A stretch of 64,000 bases of DNA from Planctomycetota bacterium (GTDB taxonomy: Bacteria > Planctomycetota > UBA1135 > UBA2386), in assembly GCA_020425925.1 (NCBI GenBank), contig JAGQRB010000304.1, positions 5,243 to 69,242 on the forward strand, written 5' to 3'. Under the pieces are notes generated by a model that was not told the origin of the DNA, made no database searches, and saw nothing but the letters and a program-made list of their open reading frames with translations. How positions within the stretch are numbered: position 1 is the stretch's first letter; each line of letters begins with the position of its first letter. Both the position numbers and the translations under genes were made by a program. Shown here one piece after another: positions 27,301 to 35,258 of this stretch.

Positions 27301-27502
27301 GCTCGTTGGATCCTGCAACTATTGGCTGCAACCCGGGTCGGAGGCGACGCTCGCGATTGCGACGACGGATTCGGCGGGGACGGCCGTCGGATACTTGACG
27401 ATCCCACCCGCCTGGGTGAACAGCGAGCTGGGTCTCCAAGCCGTGTTCGCGCCGAGCCTGTTCTCGAATGCGATGCGCCTGACGATCGGAGGTGGGCTGT
27501 GA
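24371..27502 (+). CDS. S8 subtilase with an I9-like propeptide and the recurrent C-terminal tail. The start codon and signal peptide are unresolved (see findings).
   Basis: The catalytic triad motifs are AVFDSGID (Asp), HGTAMAA (His) and GTSEAAAQVAGAAALY (Ser), with ANAGNE for the oxyanion Asn. The tail is at about 27188-27499. The frame is open from 24284, but its only in-frame start is TTG 24371 and there is no signal peptide. Confidence 0.88.
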   Translation: MSTPGAAQAPVVGNGVAGSLPGTQRWIIFLKDRGYSLNQALQAIRNETTVAGRRARLATLRQLASTDQSVIAQTVVGLGGVVDRNLWMANAISVHLPRARLAQIAMDPRVRRLEPVRAYPLGDVDAPTAFLGSVPMPIGTSTNQHNHNKAAAWTILGEGQGDYKGAGARIAVFDSGIDADVDGATPTVVDDHPEFLSTGGVTRIEAFLQGQDVNMTTRHADVNILQTSAPSPYVGLTPPHGFRQSSHHTVAGHGTAMAAIAAGSTDGHAPEAALIDVAITSYPFLGGSALFRWETLDVGYLGGIERLTEFILENKPEQQATAYVHVITISSGGPPSPDSEVAKALDSLARWEDILIIANAGNEADTTQASHGFYHGVAVGAVHARAPGAGATTNFSFLPMFWSSRGPLFGDPARLYPDLCATGAGPGSITNGPVGAARRFVYPGDFFNVEARGSCLLMPGIDVGDLQSQTPANNTSPVRYNFGTSEAAAQVAGAAALYRGKRSSLPNYATAEETRAALLLNVLGTFATKSGTSADPAGQHWFTNRNTYGVGYVRDDLLAEFAVRDAGIVPLAEVVTLSETTTETTVSYGPLAAGERYGVVACWRRYFDVESDQVPPPELELPNVDLVVEYNGNVIARSQSTANSYERAVFEAPAGSSGNSATLRVRLASTPRPEQGVVVQIVARKFAADIDPDTTEDPVLASTGELAELPAGAGCTMQAEEWTVARVVPEAYANADAWGSAPFQVSWNPTGTWYQHRGYSRGFDLTPSGGNGATYKWVRFYYASTEVGGAMTIDGLAFRSSTPLDAPSDIPVDIHIALGNFPANQNPLSSYVTQGTLTRIPDSAGDLRRDHFPVQLRFANPFSYPGGSPLNIWIVAPTSQIGSKFEVDGMDDGGGGYLSYRPVDNSGQLTYLTQPGVAPMLGLLQKSSPGPRVATIAVSGEPWSGNGAVDCELMWRLDAASNTAYVMSLGFVAASPQLVGSCNYWLQPGSEATLAIATTDSAGTAVGYLTIPPAWVNSELGLQAVFAPSLFSNAMRLTIGGGL

Positions 27503-28824
27503 TCTCTCGAGTGGCAAGCTGGTTCTCGGCGGTCGGCTTCGCTTCGGTCGGGCTTCCGGCGCAATTGACGCAGTCGTCGCTGGCAGGGCCGACAACCCTC
27601 CCGGCATACTACGACGATGTCCGCGACGTCCTCGTGTGCTGGGGAGTCAGCGGCAGCACCGTCAGTGGAATGTGGGAGTTCGACGGCGCGAACTGGGCGT
27701 TCCTAACAACGTCCTTCAACCCGCTTCATTCGGGCAAGTCCGTTGCCTTCGACCGAGGTCGCGGCGTCCTGGTCGTCGTCGACCAGTTCTATGGGGACAC
27801 GTGGGAGTGGGACGGAGCGAACCTCGTAAACGTCGGTCCGGCACCGGTCGTGCCGCTGGCCAACCAATGGCTGCCCAACAGTTACAACTTCCACGTCGCG
27901 TACCATGAAACGCGGCAGAGGGTCATGTTGTTCAGCGAGTCCTTCTACGAATGGGATGGAGCCTCCTGGCGCCCGGTCCTGTCGGCGAACACGCCGCCCG
28001 TGATCGCGACCCCGTTTGGTCCGACGTTCTACCGCTACGGCGGCATGACCTACGATGCGCGGCTCGACAAGATGGTGCTGTGCGGACGCATTCACTCGTT
28101 GCCGAACAGTCCGGTGGAAACCAAGTCCTGGGAGTGGGACCCCGCCACCGGCTGGGTCGAGTATCCGGCATCCGGTCCACTGACTGGCGGCGCCGTGTGG
28201 TTCGACGAGCACCGCGGCGTGGTGCTGAAGGCCAGGACGATCAACAGCAACGGCTACCACGGCGTGTACTACCGTGACACCTCCCGCGCCTGGGTGCAGC
28301 TGCAGTCGACGGACTTCGACGTCTTCTCAGGCTGCTACGACCGCAACGCGAACCGCTTCTTCTTCGCGACGCAGACCGGAATCGGCATCCTCCACGATGT
28401 GCATCCGGCCGCCTTCGGGTCGCACGCGCCGGGCTGCACACCCGCGAGTCCGTGGAACCTGACGCTTTCGCAGCCCGGCACCCGCGCATGGATCGGCCGG
28501 ACCTTCGCCGTCGAGGTCGGCACTCCGTCGACGCTGGCGTTGCTCGCGATGGGGTTCTCCGATCAGCTCTTCCAGTCCGTGCAGTTGCCGTTCGACCTCA
28601 CGGCCGCAGGCCTGACCGGCTGCAGCCTCAATGTCGCGCCCGATGCCATCGCATTCGGCGCCGGCAGCGCGGGCAGCGCCGCATTCGCGCTCGCGATCCC
28701 GAACGGCGTCGGCCTGCTCGGGACGACGTTCTTCCAGCAGGGGTTTGCGCTCGCACCGGGCGCGAACCCGGCCGGTCTGGTCGCGACCGACTCGGTCCGC
28801 GCGACCGTGGGGCGTTTCCAATAG
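27499..28824 (+). CDS. Secreted Kelch-like beta-propeller protein with the recurrent C-terminal tail
   Basis: GTG at 27499 overlaps the upstream TGA (GTGA). Signal peptide VISRVASWFSAVGFASVGLPAQ. Repeats include MWEFDGANW, TWEWDGANL, FYEWDGASW and SWEWDPATGW. The tail is at about 28414-28821. Confidence 0.85.
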   Translation: MISRVASWFSAVGFASVGLPAQLTQSSLAGPTTLPAYYDDVRDVLVCWGVSGSTVSGMWEFDGANWAFLTTSFNPLHSGKSVAFDRGRGVLVVVDQFYGDTWEWDGANLVNVGPAPVVPLANQWLPNSYNFHVAYHETRQRVMLFSESFYEWDGASWRPVLSANTPPVIATPFGPTFYRYGGMTYDARLDKMVLCGRIHSLPNSPVETKSWEWDPATGWVEYPASGPLTGGAVWFDEHRGVVLKARTINSNGYHGVYYRDTSRAWVQLQSTDFDVFSGCYDRNANRFFFATQTGIGILHDVHPAAFGSHAPGCTPASPWNLTLSQPGTRAWIGRTFAVEVGTPSTLALLAMGFSDQLFQSVQLPFDLTAAGLTGCSLNVAPDAIAFGAGSAGSAAFALAIPNGVGLLGTTFFQQGFALAPGANPAGLVATDSVRATVGRFQ

Positions 28825-28833
28825 GCTGCCGCG

Positions 28834-28865
28834 CTGCGCGGGAGGGCGACGTTGCCTCCGCGCAG
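28834..28865 (+). terminator. GC-rich hairpin (CTGCGCGG-N16-CCGCGCAG) 10 nt after the stop. Possible intrinsic terminator without a U-tract.
   Basis: The inverted repeat was read directly from the sequence. No T-run follows, so the function is uncertain. Confidence 0.3.
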
Positions 28866-29016
28866 GACAGGGGACTGTCTTCCAGGCAAGACACCGGTCG
28901 ATCGCCGGCGCCGGCGCCGTCGGGGTGCAAGTTCGCAAGCCGATCTGCAGTGCCCACTTGCATGCGCATGCCGTTTGCCTTCGGCACCGGCTCCGGATTT
29001 GCAGCAGGCCGCGGCC

Positions 29017-30111
29017 ATGAAACTCGAAGGACCCCTCTCCGCCGTTCTCCCACTCCTCTTCTGTGCGGGCCTCGCCGTGGCCCAACAACCCGCGGGCCTG
29101 CTGACCGGCCTGCCGCCGGCCGGGCTGGCGCAGTCGAGCGTCGGCGCCGGTGTGGGTGACGAGCTGATCTCGCGCATTCCCGGTGAGGCCTACCGCGGCA
29201 TCGGTGAGTACGTGCCCGGCAGCGGCTATCAGATCCGCGGCGTCGTGCTCCGGCTGCGCAATGGTGCGCCGGCCGAGCCGGCGACGTTCGACCTGCACGT
29301 CTACGCCGAGGCGGGCAACACCAACCGGCCGACGATCCCGGCCAACGCGGCCCCCGGAACGACGGCGCTCGTGTCCGTGCTCGACGTCGCGATGCCGATC
29401 GGTTCGCAGGCACCCGAGGTCACGGTGGTGTTCCAGTCGCCCGTGACCGTGCCGTTCGGCAGCGACATCTTCGTGTCGTTCGTGGCGAACTCGCCGAACC
29501 TGTTGATGCAGACGCTCGCCGGCACGAGCGATCTCGCGTTCAACCTCAACAACTTCGACCCGTGTGGTCCGGCCCTCGCACCCGGCGAGAGCTACCTGCT
29601 GCTGCATGCGTTGACGCAGCTCGTCGAACTCAACATCACGACCATCGGCTGGCAGGGTCTCGTCGACCTGCTCGTCGACGGCAGCAGCGGCGTCGGCGTC
29701 TGCCGCGTGAACGGTGCGTCGGCGCCGATCGCGAGCTTCTACTCCGGCCTCCACCCCGACGTCGCGGATCCGCCGCACCACCCCGGTCGCCACGACGTGC
29801 CGGGCTACTACTTCCGCAGCAACGGCACGCTGCCGATCGGTTCGCCGGTGTTCCTGCTGGGTTCGACCGACGGCTTCGCGAACGGCCCGTTCGTCGTGCT
29901 GTCGCCCGGCAACGCGGTGCTGCAGCTGCCGCTGCTGTCGTCGTTCCCGCTCGGCATGCAGCCGACCGGTGCGGACGGCAACGCGCTGCTCGAATGGCCC
30001 GTGCCGCAGGCCGCCGGGCTGCGCGGGCTCGGTGTCGCGACGCAGGCGTTCGGGTTCGATCTCACGAACGGCTTCGTGCGCGCGGGCGCTGCGGTTCGGC
30101 AGCGGTTCTGA
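29017..30111 (+). CDS. Secreted hypothetical protein with the recurrent C-terminal tail
   Basis: ATG at 29017 gives MKLEGPLSAVLPLLFCAGLAVAQ. The tail is at about 29850-30108 (ADGNALLEWPVPQAAGLRGLGVATQAFGFD...). Confidence 0.8.
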   Translation: MKLEGPLSAVLPLLFCAGLAVAQQPAGLLTGLPPAGLAQSSVGAGVGDELISRIPGEAYRGIGEYVPGSGYQIRGVVLRLRNGAPAEPATFDLHVYAEAGNTNRPTIPANAAPGTTALVSVLDVAMPIGSQAPEVTVVFQSPVTVPFGSDIFVSFVANSPNLLMQTLAGTSDLAFNLNNFDPCGPALAPGESYLLLHALTQLVELNITTIGWQGLVDLLVDGSSGVGVCRVNGASAPIASFYSGLHPDVADPPHHPGRHDVPGYYFRSNGTLPIGSPVFLLGSTDGFANGPFVVLSPGNAVLQLPLLSSFPLGMQPTGADGNALLEWPVPQAAGLRGLGVATQAFGFDLTNGFVRAGAAVRQRF

Positions 30112-30157
30112 GCGGCGAGGCAGTCGCGGTCGACGGACGTACCCGGAGCTGGCCGGA

Positions 30158-31347
30158 ATGGCCGAGTTCGAACGCGCCGCGGCCGCCGTCCTTGCAGGCC
30201 GCCTCCGCGAGCGTCGGCGGTTCCTTCAGGTCGTGTCCGGCCCGAGGCAGGTAGGCAAGACGACTCTGGTCCAGCAGGCGGTCGCGCGCAGCGGATTGCC
30301 CGTGCAATGGGCATCCGGAGACGACCAGTCGCCCGTGGACGCGACCTGGATCGAGCAGCAGTGGGAGGCGGCGCGCGTAGCAGCCGGCGGTGATCGCGCC
30401 GTGCTCGTCATCGACGAGGTGCAGAAGGCGAGGAACTGGCCCGAGACGGTCAAGCGCCTCTGGGACGAGGACTCGCGCAAACGCCGCGACCTCGTGGTCG
30501 TTCTGCTCGGCTCGGTACCGCGGCTGATCCAGCAGGGCCTCACCGAGAGTCTGGCGGGCAGGTTCGAGGTGCATCCCGTCCGACAGTGGTCGTTCGCCGA
30601 GATGCAGGCCGCCTTCGGCATGACCCTGGACGAGTACCTCTACTTCGGTGGCTATCCGGGGGCGGCGCCGCTGCGCGACGACGGCAAGCGCTGGCAGAGC
30701 TATGTGCGCAGCGCGTTGATCGAGACGACGATCTCGTTCGACGTGTTGCAGCTCGTCCGCGTCGACAAGCCCGCGCTCCTGCGGCGCGTCTTCGAGCTCG
30801 CCTGTCGCTATTCCGGCCGGGAACTCTCCTACACCAAGATGCTGGGCCAGCTACAGGACGCCGGGAACACGGTCACGATTGCACACTACCTCGAGCTGCT
30901 CGACGCCGCCGGCATGGTCGCCGGGTTGCAGAAGTTCGCCGGCGACATCGCGCGTCGCAGGGCGTCGAGCCCAAAGCTACAGGTCCACGATCAGGGCCTC
31001 GTCAACGCGCTCGAAGGTGTACCGCTCGCTGATCTCAAGTCGGACCCCGAGCGGTGGGGGCGCATCGTCGATCGACGATCGGCTCGCACCTGTTGCACGC
31101 CGCGGCACGCGACGAATGTGAGTTGTTCTACTGGCGCGATGGCGGCCACGAAGTCGACTTCGTGATCCGTTCGGGGCGTCGCGTGGTGGCGATCGAGGTC
31201 AAGAGTGGCCGCCGGCGCGACGGCACCCCGGGCATTGCTGCGATGGCGGCTGCCCACCGCCTGCATCGCAAGCTGTTGGTCGGCGCGCAGGGCATCGCGA
31301 TCGCGGACTTCCTCGAGCGCCCCGTCGTCGACTGGTTCGCCGACTGA
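30158..31347 (+). pseudogene. AAA ATPase of the AAA_14/DUF4143 type, disrupted by a 1-nt frameshift near 31070-31072
   Basis: The N-terminal part (frame of 30158) has Walker A GPRQVGKTT and Walker B VLVIDEVQ. Reading ...SDPERWGRIV in that frame, the homologous continuation STIGSHLLHAA...ELFYWRDGGHEVDFVIR...AIEVKSG is in the frame of ORF 31054..31347. Only 2 nt (GA) lie where a codon is expected. Confidence 0.75.
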
Positions 31348-31380
31348 CCGTGTCGCCCGCCTGTTGGGACTTGCGCCGAC

Positions 31381-31410
31381 CCGACCGACAGTTTATTCTG
31401 TCGGCGTCGG
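31381..31410. promoter_or_regulatory. Imperfect inverted repeat around an AT-rich core (CCGACCGACAG-TTTATT-CTGTCGGCGTCGG), a candidate operator upstream of the SRPBCC-ArsR operon
   Basis: Read directly. It lies 32 bp upstream of the ATG at 31442. It is one of the few AT-rich hexamers in the window. It could instead be a terminator for the upstream pseudogene. Confidence 0.25.
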
Positions 31411-31441
31411 AGCTGAGCATGGCCCGGCGGAGATTCGACGT

Positions 31442-32272
31442 ATGTCCAGTAACAACAGAAAGTTCGAGATGGAGATCGAGATCGCGGCGAGCCCCGACCA
31501 GGTGTGGTCGGCGATCGCCGACGCGCGCGAGCTGGCCCGCTGGTTCGCCCCGACGACGGCGGTCGAGCCCGAGGTCGGCGGGCGGATCGTCTGGCAGTGG
31601 GGCGCGCACCACGTCTGGCCCCAGACGATCGAGGCCTTCGAGCCGGGGCAGCACCTGCGCACGCGCTACGACTCCGCCGTCGATGACGGCGCCGGCGGCA
31701 AACGACCGCTGTTCGTCGACTTCTTCCTGCGCGGCGACGGCGGCACGACGAAGCTGCGGTTGGTCCACTCGGGCTTCGGGCCCGAGGCCGGGTTCGATGC
31801 CGAGTTCGACGGCATCAGCGACGGCTGGCCGGTCGAGCTGCGCAGCCTGCGCCACTACCTCGAGCACCATCGCGGCAAAGACCGCATGGTGGCGTGGAGC
31901 CTGTGGACGACGCCGCTGCCGCCGGCCGAGGCGTGGGCGCGCCTGACGGGCGACGGCGGTCTCGCGCTCGGCGGACTGCACGACCTGCGCGAGGGCGAGG
32001 CCTACTCGTTCGACGTTCCGGGCGCCGGTCCGATCGCGGGGCGCGTGCTGTTCTCGCCGAGCGAACGCGAGTTCTCGGGCACGGTCACCAACCTCGCGGA
32101 TGGCTGGTTCCGGGTGCACTGCGAACACTGGGGCGGCACGACCAACGTCTGGCTCTGGCTCGCGGTCTACGACGGTCCGTCGGACCGCGTCGCGAGCTAC
32201 GAGCGCGCGTTCGATGCGGTGCTCGGGCGCGTGCTCGCGGACGGTGCGAAGGTGGCCGGAGTGTCGGCGTGA
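31442..32272 (+). CDS. SRPBCC-superfamily (AHSA1/START-like) protein, apparently with two domains
   Basis: EIEIAASPDQVWSAIADARELARWF is the typical AHSA1/polyketide-cyclase-like N-terminus. A second similar half is present (PPAEAWARLTGDGG...). Confidence 0.8.
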   Translation: MSSNNRKFEMEIEIAASPDQVWSAIADARELARWFAPTTAVEPEVGGRIVWQWGAHHVWPQTIEAFEPGQHLRTRYDSAVDDGAGGKRPLFVDFFLRGDGGTTKLRLVHSGFGPEAGFDAEFDGISDGWPVELRSLRHYLEHHRGKDRMVAWSLWTTPLPPAEAWARLTGDGGLALGGLHDLREGEAYSFDVPGAGPIAGRVLFSPSEREFSGTVTNLADGWFRVHCEHWGGTTNVWLWLAVYDGPSDRVASYERAFDAVLGRVLADGAKVAGVSA

Positions 32273-32859
32273 GCGAGTCGGTGGTCGTCGTCGGTGAGAC
32301 CGAACGGGCGCGCACGCTGCTGCAGGAGACCCGGCTCGACATCCTCGAGCGCCTCGCCGAGCCCGGTTCGGCGGTGACGCTCGCGCGCGCGATGGAGCTG
32401 CCGCGCCAGCGGATCAACTACCACCTGCGCGAGCTCGAGGCCCAGCGCCTGATCGAGGTCGAGCGCGAGCAGCAACGCGGCAGCGTGCGCGAGCGGGTCT
32501 ACCGCCGCGCCGGCGACAGCTTCGCGATCTCGCCGAACGCGCTCGGGGCGCTCGGCAGTCGACCCGAACGCGTCCAGGACCGCTTCTCGTCGGCCTACCA
32601 GATCGCGCTCGCGAGCCAGGCGATCGCCGACCTCGCGAGCCTGCGAAGCGGCGCGGCGGCGGCCGGTCAGGCGCTGGCGACGCTGAGCCTCGAGGTCGAC
32701 GTGCGCTTCGCCGACGCCGAGCGGCGCAGCGCGTTCGCGCAGGAACTCTCCGAGGCGGTCGCGGCGCTGGCTCGCAAGTACCACGACGAGAACGCGTCCG
32801 GCGGGCGGACCTTCAAGCTCTACCTCGGGTGTTATCCGAAGGTGACGGCGCCCGGCTGA
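32269..32859 (+). CDS. ArsR/SmtB-family winged-helix transcriptional regulator
   Basis: ETRLDILERLAEPGSAVTLARAMELPRQRINYHLRELEAQRLIEV is an ArsR HTH. GTG at 32269 overlaps the upstream TGA (GTGA). Confidence 0.85.
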   Translation: MSESVVVVGETERARTLLQETRLDILERLAEPGSAVTLARAMELPRQRINYHLRELEAQRLIEVEREQQRGSVRERVYRRAGDSFAISPNALGALGSRPERVQDRFSSAYQIALASQAIADLASLRSGAAAAGQALATLSLEVDVRFADAERRSAFAQELSEAVAALARKYHDENASGGRTFKLYLGCYPKVTAPG

Positions 32860-32978
32860 GCCGGAACGGCGTCGGAAAGCCGGAACTATCGCGGCGTGCC
32901 ACGGCACTACCGAGTGCTCATGTCGAGCTGCGGTACGACCGCCGGCTCTGACCTGCCCGAGTTCCCGAGAGGATCACG

Positions 32979-35168
32979 ATGCTCGTTCCCCGTTTCGTCC
33001 CGCTCGCGGTGCTGCTCGCCACTGCGCCGGCGGCGTTCGCCCAGACGACCCTTGTCGTGCCGGCGCCGACCGGCAACGCGTTGGCCGACACCGGCAACAT
33101 CTTCAGCCAGCTGAACCAGATCGCGACATCGCCGCCGCCGGTGACCGTGCAGTTCCAGGCCGGGACCTACGTCTGGAACGACTTCGGCCCGACGACACCC
33201 GCGGCGATGTCGCGGACGATCACCGGGATCTCCGGCCTCACCCTGCAGGGCGCGATCGTCGGCGGCCAGCCGGCGACGCGCATCGAGTTCGAGGGCTTCG
33301 ACCCGGCCAAGCCGGGGCCCGGACCTCACGACGTTCCCTTGCCGTGGGATGCGGGGTTCCGGATCCAGGACTGCTCCGACGTGGTGGTATCCGGGTTCGA
33401 GTTCGCCCCGAAGAAGGTCGGCAGTCCCGTCGGCACGGTGCGTCCGCTCGCCAGCGAGGGCGAGCTGCTGCAGGTCGTCCCGGCGACGACCGCGAACCCC
33501 CGGCACCGGATCACGATCGAGATCAGTGATCCCGACATGTTCCTGCCGGTCGGCAACTGGGTGGCGAGCAGCGGGTCGCCGCGCTTGTTCAACCTCGAGG
33601 TGATCTTCGTGACGCACGCCGTAGGAACCCCATACGAGCGGCAGTGCATCAACAAGGTGACGCTCTATGGGCTCCAGAACGGCACGCCCCTCGTGCTCGA
33701 AGAGAACGTCACGTCGACCGGTGCGACCCAGCTCGTCGACGTGTACCTCGACGACTCGGTGGCGAACTACAACACGCGCGTCGCCGAGATGGCCCAGGTG
33801 CTCGCCGCTTCGGCTACGCCGCTCACCGGCGTGTTGTCGCATCAGTTCGGTGCCTACGGCGTGGCGAAGGGTTTCTACTTCGACGAGTGCACGAACTCGT
33901 CGATCCAGGACTGTCGGATGCTCTCGATGCATCATCCGGTAACGCTCGAGAACGGTTCCGACCACACCAGCGACGGCGTCACGATCGCGCCTGCGAAGTC
34001 GAGCTGGGTGGTCGGCAGCATGCGCGGTGGCTACGGCGGCAACTACGGCATCGGTGGCAACCTGGTGTTCCGGCATCTCGACGTCACCGGGGCGTTCGAC
34101 GACTGCATCGACGTCGTGTCGGTGATGTGGACCCAGGTGGCGTACGTCTACGGCGCCCGCGTCGCGCTGGTGGGGCCCGAGTGGCATCCGACACTCAACC
34201 CGGCCGCGCCTGAACTCGATAACGGACTGGAGCCGGGTCGCTGGGGTTCGGGCAGTCTCGCGCCCGGCGCCGAGATCCAGTTCTGGAGCCCCGATCTGAC
34301 CGCCATCAAGGCCACGACGACGATCGCGGGGGTCGGCTCACCCTACGCGCCCTGGGACCCGAACCTGCAGGACGGGCCGTGGAACCTCGGGCTGAGTTCG
34401 GCGCCCGCCGGGGTGGCGGTCGGTGATCCAGTCGCGCTGCGCGGCAATGTCTGGAACGCGGTGCTGGTCGAGGACTGCTCGTTCGTCGGCGGCAAGGGCG
34501 GTGGCGTGATGGTCTCGGGGCCGAACGTCACGGTGCAGCGCTGCAGCTTCACGAACATGTCGGGCCCGGCGATCCGGACCCACACGATCTACGATCAGTT
34601 CGCCTACGAGGCCTCGCTCAACGTCATCGGCGAGCCGGTGTTCAACCTGCAGATCGTCGAGAACGTGATCGTCGGCTGCAACCGCGAGCAGGCGCCGTGG
34701 GAGGAGTGGCCGTGGCGGCACTTCTCGCACTGGCGGAACGGCATCGGGGCCATCGACATCGCGGTGGAGACGGTCGACAACTCACCCCAGCGCCGCGTGC
34801 AGCACGTGCCGCTGGTGCCTGCGAGCGGCAGCAATCCCGCGTTCGCACCGGCGGCGGGCGTGCTGATCCAGCGCAACACGATCACCGACACGGGGCGAGC
34901 CGGCATCCGGGTGGCGTCCTGCCGCGTCGCCGCGATCGACGACAACACCTTCTCCCAGATCGGGAACGACAACGACGTCGCGCCGGAGCAGAACTCGGTG
35001 ATCTACCTGGCGGAATGCGACACGATCTACGTGATCAACAACACCTGGGTCGGCACGTTGCCTGTGCCCGCACCGCTGGAGCTGCTGCGGCAGGGGCCGA
35101 ACGTGCAGAACCTCGTCAACCTGGCGAACACGCCCGATCTCGGCAGCAGCAGTCTCGGCGAGTGGTGA
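32979..35168 (+). CDS. Secreted right-handed parallel beta-helix repeat protein
   Basis: Signal peptide MLVPRFVPLAVLLATAPAAFAQ, with GAGAGGA 6 nt upstream of the ATG. Beta-helix-type repeats include VEDCSFVGGKGGGVMVSGPNVTVQRCSF and IQRNTITDTGRAGIRV. It has no shared tail. Confidence 0.85.
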   Translation: MLVPRFVPLAVLLATAPAAFAQTTLVVPAPTGNALADTGNIFSQLNQIATSPPPVTVQFQAGTYVWNDFGPTTPAAMSRTITGISGLTLQGAIVGGQPATRIEFEGFDPAKPGPGPHDVPLPWDAGFRIQDCSDVVVSGFEFAPKKVGSPVGTVRPLASEGELLQVVPATTANPRHRITIEISDPDMFLPVGNWVASSGSPRLFNLEVIFVTHAVGTPYERQCINKVTLYGLQNGTPLVLEENVTSTGATQLVDVYLDDSVANYNTRVAEMAQVLAASATPLTGVLSHQFGAYGVAKGFYFDECTNSSIQDCRMLSMHHPVTLENGSDHTSDGVTIAPAKSSWVVGSMRGGYGGNYGIGGNLVFRHLDVTGAFDDCIDVVSVMWTQVAYVYGARVALVGPEWHPTLNPAAPELDNGLEPGRWGSGSLAPGAEIQFWSPDLTAIKATTTIAGVGSPYAPWDPNLQDGPWNLGLSSAPAGVAVGDPVALRGNVWNAVLVEDCSFVGGKGGGVMVSGPNVTVQRCSFTNMSGPAIRTHTIYDQFAYEASLNVIGEPVFNLQIVENVIVGCNREQAPWEEWPWRHFSHWRNGIGAIDIAVETVDNSPQRRVQHVPLVPASGSNPAFAPAAGVLIQRNTITDTGRAGIRVASCRVAAIDDNTFSQIGNDNDVAPEQNSVIYLAECDTIYVINNTWVGTLPVPAPLELLRQGPNVQNLVNLANTPDLGSSSLGEW

Positions 35169-35177
35169 GACGGCCCG

Positions 35178-35201
35178 CGACCCGCCGGCTGCGGTGGGTC
35201 G
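35178..35201 (+). terminator. 10-bp stem / 4-nt loop hairpin (CGACCCGCCG-GCTG-CGGTGGGTCG, with one G.U pair) 10 nt after the stop
   Basis: Read directly. It is followed by GTCGACTTCTCGAG, which is only a weak T-rich stretch. Confidence 0.35.
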
Positions 35202-35258
35202 GTCGACTTCTCGAGAATCCGTTCAGGCCACGGTCGGCTCCTGGCGCACGAGCCCGCG

